A stretch of 64,000 nucleotides of DNA, taken from NCBI GenBank assembly GCA_902623395.1, contig CACNTN010000003.1, positions 63,683-127,682 of the forward strand. The letters run 5' to 3'. Below the pieces are notes generated by a model, which did not search any database, was not told the DNA's origin, and was given only the letters and a program-made list of their open reading frames with translations. The stretch's first letter is position 1; each line of letters begins with the position of its first letter. Below are positions 19,640 to 28,820 of the stretch, in pieces. The DNA is from an uncultured Pelagibacteraceae bacterium. GTDB lineage: Bacteria > Pseudomonadota > Alphaproteobacteria > Pelagibacterales > Pelagibacteraceae. A program made the position numbers and the translations under genes.

Positions 19640-20677
19640 ATGTCTATAAAAAACAAAATAAATGTAGCTATAATAGGTGCCACTGGGTACACAGGTTTAG
19701 ATCTTATTTATATGCTATCTAAACACCCAAAAGTGGAAATCAAGCATTTGTGTGCTACAAAAAATTTAGGAAAAAAAATAAATTTTTTTGATAAAAGAAT
19801 TAAAAAAAGTTTACCAAAACTATCATCTGTAAAAAGAATTAATTTAAATAATCTTGACCTAATTTTTTTATCTTTACCAAATGGAGAAGCTCAAAAATTT
19901 ATTAAAAAAAACTACAAGAAAAATGATAAATTAAAGTTTATAGATTTATCAGCTGATTTTAGAATTTCTAAGCCACAAATCTATGAAAAAAATTATAGAA
20001 TTAAACATAAAGCAAAAAAATTAATTAAGAAATCCTTATATTCGATACCTGAATTTACAAAAGGAGTAATTCAAAATTATAGAATTATTTCTAATCCAGG
20101 GTGCTATCCTACTTCTATACAAATACCCTTAATGCCAATTATAAAGAGCAATTTAGTAAAAATAAATAATATCACAATAGACTCAAAGTCAGGATATTCT
20201 GGAGCAGGAAAAAATTTTGAAAAAAAATTTAAACATAAAAATTTATACACGTCTACTTTTGCCTATAGCACAAAAAACCATAGACATATTTGTGAAATAG
20301 ATGAACAATTTTTGAAATTTACTAGGAGAAAAGTAATTTTTTCATTCAATCCGCATTTACTGCCAACTTTTAGAGGTATTTTAAGCTCAATTTACTTAAA
20401 TACTAAAAAAGGGTGTTCGGCAAAAACAATAAGAAACGAATTAATCAAATATTATAAAAATTCAAAATTTGTTAAAATTCAAAAACTAAATGCACCGATT
20501 GGATCAGGTAATGTTTTAAACACAAATAATTGTGAAATTTCCGTGTGTGAAACAAGAAATAAAAATAAACTAATTATCTTTTCTGCGATTGATAATCTAG
20601 TTAAAGGAGCTTCAGGTCAAGCAATTCAGAATATGAATCTTTTATATAAATATCCAGAACAAATGGGTTTAATATGA
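19640..20677 (+). CDS. argC: N-acetyl-gamma-glutamyl-phosphate reductase
   Basis: 'VAIIGATGYTG' Rossmann fold. Catalytic 'SNPGCYPTS'. 'IDNLVKGASGQAIQNMN'. Confidence 0.9.
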   Translation: MSIKNKINVAIIGATGYTGLDLIYMLSKHPKVEIKHLCATKNLGKKINFFDKRIKKSLPKLSSVKRINLNNLDLIFLSLPNGEAQKFIKKNYKKNDKLKFIDLSADFRISKPQIYEKNYRIKHKAKKLIKKSLYSIPEFTKGVIQNYRIISNPGCYPTSIQIPLMPIIKSNLVKINNITIDSKSGYSGAGKNFEKKFKHKNLYTSTFAYSTKNHRHICEIDEQFLKFTRRKVIFSFNPHLLPTFRGILSSIYLNTKKGCSAKTIRNELIKYYKNSKFVKIQKLNAPIGSGNVLNTNNCEISVCETRNKNKLIIFSAIDNLVKGASGQAIQNMNLLYKYPEQMGLI

Positions 20678-21222
20678 GGTATTTATGTTTTTTTTTTATT
20701 GTAATTTTGTTTTATGGATGCAGTAAACCTCAAGCTGTTTTAATTTGTGGGGATCATATTTGTGTAAACAAAACTGAAGCTGAACAATTTTTTGAAGAAA
20801 ATTTGTCTTTAGAAGTTAAAATAATTAATAAAGGTGAAAAAAAAGAATTAAGTCTAGTAGAGTTAAATCTTGATAAAGATATTAATGGAAACAAAGAAAT
20901 TACTATTTTTTCCAAAAAAAATACAAATACTAATCTTAAAACATTATCTGAAAATGAATTAACTAAGATTAAAAAAACTATTAAAAATAAAGAAAAGAAT
21001 AAAAAAATTACAAAAAAGATAAAACAAAAAAGTGAAGCAAAAAAAAAAGAGAAAGAATTAATACAAAAAAAGAAAATTATTATTGATAATATGAATAAAA
21101 AAAGAATTAAAGTAACTGATATTTGTACTATATTAAAGAAATGTAGTATTGAAGAGATATCCAAATATTTAACAAACCAAGGAATTAAAAAAGATTTTCC
21201 TGATATAACACAAAGACAATAG
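20674..21222 (+). CDS. hypothetical lysine-rich lipoprotein
   Basis: Signal peptide plus lipobox 'LFYGC'. 'ICGDHICVNKTEAEQFF' follows, then a low-complexity K/E-rich region. ATGA-coupled to argC. Confidence 0.45.
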   Translation: MRYLCFFFIVILFYGCSKPQAVLICGDHICVNKTEAEQFFEENLSLEVKIINKGEKKELSLVELNLDKDINGNKEITIFSKKNTNTNLKTLSENELTKIKKTIKNKEKNKKITKKIKQKSEAKKKEKELIQKKKIIIDNMNKKRIKVTDICTILKKCSIEEISKYLTNQGIKKDFPDITQRQ

Positions 21223-21228
21223 ATTTTT

Positions 21229-22515
21229 ATGAAAAAATTAAATATTGCAATTATTGGTTTGGGTAATATTGGTAGTCATTTATTCGATTATCTAAGTGAC
21301 AATAAAAAATTTTTAACAGAAAAAAATAATTGTATACCAATAGTTAAATATGTTTCTGCTAAAAACAAAAAAAAAAAACGAAAAATAAAAATCAAAAAAG
21401 ATCAATGGCTTAGTAATTATCTCGACTCAACAAAACTTAAAGATGTAGATTTAATAATTGAACTAATTGGCGGTGCAGAGGGTCCAGCTAAAAAATTAGT
21501 ATTTCAAGCATTGAAAAATAAAAAACATGTAGTAACTGCAAATAAAGCCTTAATTGCTAAGTATGGAGACCAATTAGCAAAAATAGCTGAAAAGAATAGA
21601 GTAAATCTAGAATTTGAAGCATCTGTTTGCGGAGGTGTACCAATAATTAGATCTTTAAAAGAAGGATTGATTGCTAATAAAATATCTAAAATTTATGGAA
21701 TTTTTAATGGCACTTCTAATTACATTCTATCTACAATGGATAAACAAAATAAATCATTCAATGAAGTTTTATCAGATGCAACTAAATTAGGGTATGCTGA
21801 AACTAATCCCACTGCTGACTTAAATGGTGATGATGTATCTTCAAAGCTAAAAATATTGTCTAGCTTATGCTTTAATTCTTTTTTAAATAACAAAATTTAT
21901 GTTGAGGGAATAAAAGATATAGATAAAGCTGATATAAATAACGCAAATACATTAGGATATAAAATTAAATTATTAGGTTTTGCAGAATTATTAAATAAAA
22001 AAATTTATCAGAGAGTTCACCCAACTTTAATAAAAAAAGACTCTTACGTAGCTAGTATAGATGGTGTTCTAAACGCAGTAATTGTGGATGGAACGCCTGT
22101 AGGTCAAAGTACTATTCAGGGTGAGGGCGCTGGTCCTGCAGCAACGACATCTGCGCTTATATCCGACATATCGTCAATTTTACGAGGTAATATTAAATTT
22201 CCGTTTTCTTTATCAAATAAAGAGAGAAAAAAACTTAAATTTAGTGACATCTCAAATAGATCTTTTTCTGCCTATTTACGTTTTGAAGTCATTGATAAAC
22301 CAGGTGTGCTTTCTAATATTACTAATATTTTTTCAAAAAATAAAGTTTCAATAAAAAGATTAGTTCAGAATCCTGATAAAAATAAAAGATCATCATCCAT
22401 TATAATCATAACACATAACTCCAAAGATAAATATTTAAAGAAAATATTAAAAATTGTCGCTAAAAAAAATTATGTTAAGAGAAAACCAAAACTAATAAGA
22501 ATTGATGATAATTAA
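21229..22515 (+). CDS. hom: homoserine dehydrogenase
   Basis: 'IAIIGLGNIGS', 'VVTANKALIA', 'FEASVCGGVPII' and a C-terminal ACT domain. 428 aa. Confidence 0.9.
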   Translation: MKKLNIAIIGLGNIGSHLFDYLSDNKKFLTEKNNCIPIVKYVSAKNKKKKRKIKIKKDQWLSNYLDSTKLKDVDLIIELIGGAEGPAKKLVFQALKNKKHVVTANKALIAKYGDQLAKIAEKNRVNLEFEASVCGGVPIIRSLKEGLIANKISKIYGIFNGTSNYILSTMDKQNKSFNEVLSDATKLGYAETNPTADLNGDDVSSKLKILSSLCFNSFLNNKIYVEGIKDIDKADINNANTLGYKIKLLGFAELLNKKIYQRVHPTLIKKDSYVASIDGVLNAVIVDGTPVGQSTIQGEGAGPAATTSALISDISSILRGNIKFPFSLSNKERKKLKFSDISNRSFSAYLRFEVIDKPGVLSNITNIFSKNKVSIKRLVQNPDKNKRSSSIIIITHNSKDKYLKKILKIVAKKNYVKRKPKLIRIDDN

Positions 22516-23456
22516 TGTCAATTGATAAAAAATTTCTCAATTTATTTATTAAAGTTACAGAAAAGGCTGCTATAGGCGCCTCTAAATTTATCGGCAAGAA
22601 AGATAAAATTGCTGCAGATAAGGGAGCTGTAGATCCTATGCGGAGAGAGCTTAACAAGATAAATATGGAGGGGACAGTAGTTATTGGCGAAGGTGAAATG
22701 GATGAGGCTCCAATGCTTTATATTGGTGAGAAATTGGGTACTTTAAATGGTCCAAAATTTGATATTGCTGTAGATCCACTCGAAGGTACTAAATTTACAG
22801 CTAATGGAGAACCCAATGCTTTTTCAGTGTTAGCAATTTCTGAGCGTGGAGGACTATTATCTGCACCTGACACATATATGGAAAAAATTGTTATAGGTTC
22901 AAACCTCCCTAAAAATTTAATGGACTTAGATCACGGTGTCGAAAAAAATATTAAATTATTAGCTGAAGCAAAAAAAATACAAATTTCAGATTTAAAAGCC
23001 TGTGTGCTTAAACGTCCAAGACATGATCATATAATTAAAGAATTAAGTAGATTAAATGTAACAATCAACTTTATAACTGATGGTGATATTGCAGGTGCCC
23101 TAAGTGTTATAGGCGAAAAACCTAAAAACGATATTTATTATAGTACTGGCGGGGCGCCAGAAGGTGTTGTGGTAGCTGCTGCACTCTCATGTTATGGCGG
23201 TCAAATTCAAGGAAGATTAGTATTGGATGACGAGGAAAAAATAAGAGCAAAAAAACTCGGAATCACAGACTTTAAAAAAAAATATAATATTGATGATATG
23301 ATCAAAGGAGATGTGATTTTCTGTGCAACCGGTGTAACATCCGGTGATTTAGCTAATGGAGTTAAAGATTTAGGAAATGAATATGAAGTTAATACATTTG
23401 CATTACATAAAAGTCAAAAACTGATAAAGAAATTTACAAATATTTACAACAAATGA
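22515..23456 (+). CDS. glpX: class II fructose-1,6-bisphosphatase (GlpX type)
   Basis: 'AADKGAVDPMR', 'VVIGEGEMDEAPML', 'DIAVDPLEGT' and 'TGGAPEGV'. Confidence 0.9.
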   Translation: MSIDKKFLNLFIKVTEKAAIGASKFIGKKDKIAADKGAVDPMRRELNKINMEGTVVIGEGEMDEAPMLYIGEKLGTLNGPKFDIAVDPLEGTKFTANGEPNAFSVLAISERGGLLSAPDTYMEKIVIGSNLPKNLMDLDHGVEKNIKLLAEAKKIQISDLKACVLKRPRHDHIIKELSRLNVTINFITDGDIAGALSVIGEKPKNDIYYSTGGAPEGVVVAAALSCYGGQIQGRLVLDDEEKIRAKKLGITDFKKKYNIDDMIKGDVIFCATGVTSGDLANGVKDLGNEYEVNTFALHKSQKLIKKFTNIYNK

Positions 23457-25237
23457 CCTCGCTTTCTTTAAGTGGTAGAAGTTGGATACTGAGAAGATAC
23501 AATCAAAAAGACCTTTCTTTTATAAAAGAAAATTTTTATTTGGATGAAATAACCTCGAAGCTTCTATGTGTTAGACATATAAAAAAAGATGAAATTAAAT
23601 CTTTTTTAAATCCGTCAATCAAAAATTTTTTACCCAATCCTAATAATTTAAAAGATATGCAAAAAAGCACATTAAGATTAACACAAGCTATCACTAATAA
23701 AGAAAAAATAGGAATATTTGGAGACTATGATGTAGATGGCGCCACTTCTGCGGCTTTACTAGGTAATTATTTTTCTGAATTAAATTTAGATTATGAAATT
23801 TATATACCGGATCGTAAAAGTGAGGGATACGGACCCTCAATTAAAGGTTTCAAAGATTTAATAAATAAAAAAGTAAAATTAATATTTACTGTTGATTGCG
23901 GTACTCTTTCTTTTAAAGCGATTAATTTTGCAAAAGAACATAAAGTGGATGTGATAGTTCTAGATCATCATCAATCTGAAATTAAGCTTCCTAGCGCTTT
24001 TTCAATTATTAATCCTAATCGTTTTGATGATAACTCTAATTTGCAATATTTATGTGCAGCAGGGGTATCATTTATGTTTTTAGTGTCACTCAACAGAGAA
24101 TTAAGATCTAATAATTGGTTTAAAAATAATAATATAATTGAACCAAATCTTATAAACTATCTTGATTTAGTTTCTTTAGGCACCGTCTGTGATGTTGTTC
24201 CTTTAATTGGATTAAATAGAGCTATAGTTAAACAGGGATTAAAAATAATTAAATCAAAAAAAAATTTAGGAATTAAAACTTTATTTGATATTTGTAAAAT
24301 TGATACCACTCCATCAATATATCATCTTGGATATTTAATCGGCCCTAGAATTAATGCTGGTGGTAGAGTTGGAAAATGTTCTCATGGAGCAAATTTATTA
24401 TTAAGTAAAGATCCTAAAATTTCTTTTAAATTAGCATCAGAATTAGATCAATTTAATAAAGAAAGGCAATTATTAGAGAGAGATCTTTTAAACAAAATTT
24501 TAAGTGAATCAAAAAATTATATAAAAGATCCTGTTTTAGTTTTAAGCGGCAAAAATTGGCATGAAGGAGTAATTGGAATTGTGGCTGCAAGGCTAAAAGA
24601 TAAATTTAACAAACCCGTAATAATAATATCCTTAAATGGAAATGAGGGAAAAGCATCAGCAAGATCAATAGTGGGTTTTGATATTGGATCAGTAATTATT
24701 GCAGCTACACAAGAAAAAATATTATTAAAAGGAGGAGGGCATAAAATGGCTGGAGGGTTTTCAATAAAAATGGAAAATATTAAAAAATTTAAAAATTTTG
24801 TTTTTAATAAATTCGATGGCTTCAATCAGAATTTGAATAATGAAAAACCACTATTTCTAGATAGTAAAATTGCACCAACTGCTGTAAATCTAGATTTTTA
24901 TAATAAGATTGCATTATTGTCTCCTTTTGGTTCAGGTAATCCAGAGCCAAAGTTCATTATTGAAGATCTTAAAACTATTAATGGAAAAATCGTCGGTGAA
25001 AAACACATCAAATCTGTTCTAATTGGAGCAGACGGGTCAACATTTAAATCAATAGCTTTTAATGCAGTTGAAAATGACCTGGGAAGCTATCTTCTTAAAA
25101 AAAATAATAAAACATTTAATATTGCTGGTAAATTATCCCTAAATGAGTGGAAAGGGCAATCAAATGTAGAGTTTATTATCGATGATATTTCTGTTAATAA
25201 GACTTTCAAAAATACGGTCCCATCGTCTATCGGTTAG
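23453..25237 (+). CDS. recJ: single-stranded-DNA-specific exonuclease RecJ
   Basis: DHH motifs 'GDYDVDGATS' and 'VLDHHQ', DHHA1 'GGGHKMAGG'. 594 aa. The last 22 nt overlap tRNA-Glu. Confidence 0.9.
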   Translation: MTSLSLSGRSWILRRYNQKDLSFIKENFYLDEITSKLLCVRHIKKDEIKSFLNPSIKNFLPNPNNLKDMQKSTLRLTQAITNKEKIGIFGDYDVDGATSAALLGNYFSELNLDYEIYIPDRKSEGYGPSIKGFKDLINKKVKLIFTVDCGTLSFKAINFAKEHKVDVIVLDHHQSEIKLPSAFSIINPNRFDDNSNLQYLCAAGVSFMFLVSLNRELRSNNWFKNNNIIEPNLINYLDLVSLGTVCDVVPLIGLNRAIVKQGLKIIKSKKNLGIKTLFDICKIDTTPSIYHLGYLIGPRINAGGRVGKCSHGANLLLSKDPKISFKLASELDQFNKERQLLERDLLNKILSESKNYIKDPVLVLSGKNWHEGVIGIVAARLKDKFNKPVIIISLNGNEGKASARSIVGFDIGSVIIAATQEKILLKGGGHKMAGGFSIKMENIKKFKNFVFNKFDGFNQNLNNEKPLFLDSKIAPTAVNLDFYNKIALLSPFGSGNPEPKFIIEDLKTINGKIVGEKHIKSVLIGADGSTFKSIAFNAVENDLGSYLLKKNNKTFNIAGKLSLNEWKGQSNVEFIIDDISVNKTFKNTVPSSIG

Positions 25238-25290
25238 GACAGTTGGTTTTCATCCAACAAAGAGGGGTTCGATTCCCCTTGGGACCGCCA
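25216..25290 (+). tRNA. tRNA-Glu (anticodon UUC)
   Basis: Hand-folded cloverleaf. Acceptor GGTCCCA/TGGGACC. Anticodon stem GTTGG/CCAAC with loop TTTTCAT. T-arm AGGGG-TTCGATT-CCCCT. Encoded CCA. Confidence 0.9.
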
Positions 25291-25296
25291 AAAACC

Positions 25297-26256
25297 ATGA
25301 AGTATAAAATTGCTGTTATAGAAGAAATTCACAAAGACGGTTTAAAACTTTTAGAAAATCATCCAGATTTTGATTATGAATTAATAACAGATATTTCTGA
25401 AGCAAATTTAATCAATAAATTACCAAATTTTGATGCTTGTACTTTGAGAGTTTCTAAACTTGGTGAAAAAATTTTGAAACATTGTAAAAAACTAAAAGTG
25501 ATTTCAAGGCATGGTGTAGGTTATGATAATGTTGATTTAAATTATATCAAAAATAATAATATTTCGTTATTAATAACAGCTACAGCAAATGCAGTGGCAG
25601 TTGCTGAACATGTTTTAGCAATGTTTCTTGCTTTATCTAAATCAATTATTAATTATGACAATGAAGTAAGAAAAGGAAATTTTAAAAATAACGCCAAAAA
25701 TATTCAAACTTATGAGTTATTTAATAAAAATGTTTTAATAGCTGGTTTTGGTAGAATTGGAAAAAAGTTAATTAGCAGATGTTTAGCATTTGATGCAAAT
25801 GTATATATTTATGATCCATATGTTGAGGAAAAAATTATTAAAGATCTTGGTGGGATTAAAGTTGATCATATAGAAGAGGGTCTTAAAATTGCTGACTATG
25901 TATCATTGCATGTGCCTCTTACGCAAGAGACAAAAAATTTATTAAATTATTCAGTTTTTAAAAAGATGAAAAAAAATTCCATAATAGTAAATACTGCAAG
26001 AGGAGGAATTATCAATGAAACTGATTTGGAAAAAGCATTAAATGAAAATATAATATTTGGATCAGCACTTGACGTTTTTTCTAAAGAACCAATAGAAATA
26101 AACAATCCTTTATTAAAAAATAAAAAAGTTATTTTAAGCCCACACTCTGCAACTTTTACCGATGAATGTACATCTAGAATGAGTATAGAAACTACTAAAA
26201 ATATTATTGATTTTTTTGAAAATAAAATAGATAAATCTATGATAGTAAAATTATGA
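25297..26256 (+). CDS. D-isomer-specific 2-hydroxyacid dehydrogenase (phosphoglycerate/glyoxylate-hydroxypyruvate reductase-like)
   Basis: 'VISRHGVGYDNVDL', 'GFGRIGKKL', 'NTARGGIINETDL' and 'ALDVFSKEP'. The start is placed at the ATG 6 nt after the tRNA, because the listed start at 25243 reads through the tRNA. Confidence 0.8.
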   Translation: MKYKIAVIEEIHKDGLKLLENHPDFDYELITDISEANLINKLPNFDACTLRVSKLGEKILKHCKKLKVISRHGVGYDNVDLNYIKNNNISLLITATANAVAVAEHVLAMFLALSKSIINYDNEVRKGNFKNNAKNIQTYELFNKNVLIAGFGRIGKKLISRCLAFDANVYIYDPYVEEKIIKDLGGIKVDHIEEGLKIADYVSLHVPLTQETKNLLNYSVFKKMKKNSIIVNTARGGIINETDLEKALNENIIFGSALDVFSKEPIEINNPLLKNKKVILSPHSATFTDECTSRMSIETTKNIIDFFENKIDKSMIVKL

Positions 26257-26762
26257 TTGATGTTAAGAGAAAACTAAAAAATTTTGGTCCTCTCGAGGTT
26301 TTGGTTTTAAGTTCTATAGCTTATGTTGTTGTTATGTTAATTTGGACTGCTTCCACTCGGTCCGCTGTTGTGCAAAAAGCTAATGATATAAAAGCTAACC
26401 ATAAATTAGTTGTGGAGTTTATTAATAATCAAGTTAATGAATGCAGTTCAAATGTAGAAGGTACTACTCCATGGGGTGATAATTGTAGTTCAGCCTGGAT
26501 TTCTTCAAAGATTGTTGATCACATTATAAATAACTTAAAACTTAATAATCCTTACAAAATTGATAAACCTTTAATACAAACATCTCAGGATCCTAGAATT
26601 CAAGCTGAAGGAAAAGCTGGTCAGTCCACGGATAAAGGAATAATATTTGTAACTGAGAGTAATTTTGAGTCAGAAGCTGGCTCTGAATGGGTAATAGGTA
26701 CATGCGTGAAGTCGCCATGTGTAGCAGCAGGAAATAATGAGCTCGTTTCCGCTTATCGTTAA
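26253..26762 (+). CDS. hypothetical exported protein with a pilin-like N-terminal helix
   Basis: 'KNFGPLEVLVLSSIAYVVVMLIW' is a degenerate prepilin-like motif, followed by an amphipathic helix. There are 4 Cys in two pairs. ATGA-coupled to the upstream dehydrogenase. Confidence 0.4.
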   Translation: MIDVKRKLKNFGPLEVLVLSSIAYVVVMLIWTASTRSAVVQKANDIKANHKLVVEFINNQVNECSSNVEGTTPWGDNCSSAWISSKIVDHIINNLKLNNPYKIDKPLIQTSQDPRIQAEGKAGQSTDKGIIFVTESNFESEAGSEWVIGTCVKSPCVAAGNNELVSAYR

Positions 26763-27658
26763 CTGTTTATTTCAAATCCACATGCTTTAGCAGTTTTGCT
26801 TAAATAGTTATATCCAATTTTGGCATATTCAAATGGATCAGCTTTTGCGGGATCTTGTTCTGCTTCAACAACTAACCAACCATTGTAATTTCTTTTTTTT
26901 AAAACGGTTAAAAAAGGTTTGTAATCAATACATCCATCCCCTGGAACAGTAAAAGCCCCATCAAGGAAAGCTTTTCTAAAAGTGCTATCATTTTTCAAAG
27001 ATTTATCTAAAATATTTTTACGAATATCTTTACAATGAACATGAATTATTCTTTCAAAAAAATCTTCAGTTAATTTTATCGAGTTACCTCCAGCAAATAA
27101 CATGTGACCTGTATCAATTAATAATTTTACTTCATCACTTGTGCTTTCTATTAGTCTTCTTGTTTCTGACTCTGTTTCAATTACAGTTCCCATGTGATGA
27201 TGGTAAGCAAGTGGCATATTTTCATCTGACATCATTTTTGCTATCTCATTTATTCTAGAAATTAATAATTTCCATTCATCTTCAGAAAGTTTAGGTTTTT
27301 GTGATAGAGGTGTTTTAGGGTCACCTTGTATAGACTTTGTAACTTCAGCAAAAACCATACATGGAGATTTACAATCTTTAAATAAATTCATTTGATCTCG
27401 CATCAATTTAAATTCTTCTTTTGGAGTATTTTTTAAAAGCGAAGCTCCATACCACCCAGAGCAAAGTTGTAAATTTTCTTTTTCTAATTTCGGTAATAAT
27501 TCTTTAGAATTTTTCGGAAATTTACCACCTGACTCTATTCCAGTAAAACCAGCTCTGCTGGCTTCAGATAAACATTGTTCCAATGTAGTTTTACCGCCTA
27601 GTTCAGGCATGTCATCGTTGCTCCAAGCTATCGGTGCTACACCTAATTTTATAGACAT
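26759..27658 (-). CDS. iolE: inosose (2-keto-myo-inositol) dehydratase
   Basis: 'LGVAPIAWSNDDMPELGG', 'YHHHMGT', 'DTGH', 'FTVPGDGCIDY' and 'GWLVVEAEQDP' align along the whole length with B. subtilis IolE as I recall it. Confidence 0.85.
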   Translation of the reverse strand: MSIKLGVAPIAWSNDDMPELGGKTTLEQCLSEASRAGFTGIESGGKFPKNSKELLPKLEKENLQLCSGWYGASLLKNTPKEEFKLMRDQMNLFKDCKSPCMVFAEVTKSIQGDPKTPLSQKPKLSEDEWKLLISRINEIAKMMSDENMPLAYHHHMGTVIETESETRRLIESTSDEVKLLIDTGHMLFAGGNSIKLTEDFFERIIHVHCKDIRKNILDKSLKNDSTFRKAFLDGAFTVPGDGCIDYKPFLTVLKKRNYNGWLVVEAEQDPAKADPFEYAKIGYNYLSKTAKACGFEINS

Positions 27659-27713
27659 AATTTTAATAAAGTACTAAGTTTATATTACAAATAATAATTT
27701 TATACAAAAAAAT

Positions 27714-28706
27714 ATGATCAATGTAGCTCTTTTTGGATTCGGAAGAATTGGCCAAATGCATGCTGAAAACCTTATAAAAAATAAAGAAATAAAATTATTA
27801 TATGTTTATGAAAAAGTTAATCAATTAAGCAACAAAGCACAAAGACTTTATGGGTGCAAAATTGAGAAAAATTATAATAAAATCTTTAATGATAAAGATG
27901 TAGATATAATTTTTATCTCTAGTCCTACAAATACACACATAAAATTAATTGAAGAAGGAATGAAAAGAAAAAAAACAATTTTTTGCGAAAAACCATTAGA
28001 TTTAAATATTAATAAAATAGTCAAAACTTTAAGAAAAGTTAATAAAATTAAACCTAAAATTCAATTAGGATTTAATAGAAGATATGATCCAGGTCATTTT
28101 TCACTCAAAAAAGATTTAGATAATAATAAAATAGGGAAATTAGAAAAGATTATCATAACAAGTCGTGATCCTGCTCCACCGGCTATTTCTTATTTAAAAA
28201 CATCAGGAGGTATTTTTAGAGATATGATGATACATGATTTTGATTTATGTAGATTGTATTTAGGAAATGATGAAATTAGTGAAGTCCACGCTTTTACCTC
28301 ATCGTTTATGCCTTTTTATAAAAGAATAAAAGATCACGAGCTAGCTGTGGTTACTATGAAATCTAAAAATGGAGTAATCTGTGTAATTACTAATTCAAGA
28401 CATTGCTCATTTGGTTATGATCAACGAGTTGAATTATTTGGAAAAAACGGAATGTTAATCTCTGGTAATAAAAAAGAAAACTCAACAGAATATTTTAATT
28501 CAAACCAAACAAACTCTCAAAAACCATTTTTAAATTTTTTTATTGAAAGATATAACGATGCATATAATTTGCAATTAAAAGAACTAATTGCACTTCACAA
28601 AAATAAAACTAAATCTAGATCTACCTTTAAAGATGGCTATAACGCTTTAAAATTAGCAAATGCGGCATATAAATCATTAAAGTTAAAAAAAACGATTAAA
28701 GTCTAA
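27714..28706 (+). CDS. iolG: myo-inositol 2-dehydrogenase (IdhA/IolG-like, Gfo/Idh/MocA family)
   Basis: 'FGFGRIGQMH' Rossmann fold, 'FCEKPL', 'QLGFNRRYDPG' and 'IHDFDL'. 330 aa. Divergent from iolE. Confidence 0.75.
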   Translation: MINVALFGFGRIGQMHAENLIKNKEIKLLYVYEKVNQLSNKAQRLYGCKIEKNYNKIFNDKDVDIIFISSPTNTHIKLIEEGMKRKKTIFCEKPLDLNINKIVKTLRKVNKIKPKIQLGFNRRYDPGHFSLKKDLDNNKIGKLEKIIITSRDPAPPAISYLKTSGGIFRDMMIHDFDLCRLYLGNDEISEVHAFTSSFMPFYKRIKDHELAVVTMKSKNGVICVITNSRHCSFGYDQRVELFGKNGMLISGNKKENSTEYFNSNQTNSQKPFLNFFIERYNDAYNLQLKELIALHKNKTKSRSTFKDGYNALKLANAAYKSLKLKKTIKV

Positions 28707-28820
28707 TGCTTGTAATAACTTTTAAGTATACTTCAGGTTGTATCTAAAATATTTTTTTTTGAATTTACTCTTATAATTTGTTTTAATGCGCGCACATTAA
28801 TTAACAACAAGAGGGAAATA

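Noticed and set aside
20754-21164. 136-aa ORF antisense to the Lys-rich lipoprotein gene
   Set aside because: The Phe/Leu/Ile-rich product arises simply from reading AAA/GAA-rich coding sequence backwards. It has no independent start context.
22121-22354. 77-aa same-strand alternative-frame ORF inside hom
   Set aside because: It is fully nested in the homoserine dehydrogenase ACT-domain region in another frame. Nothing suggests a frameshift or overprinting.
25243-25296. N-terminal extension of the dehydrogenase ORF ('MVFIQQRGVRFPLGPPKT')
   Set aside because: These codons are the body of tRNA-Glu read as protein. The conserved dehydrogenase N-terminus begins at the ATG at 25297.
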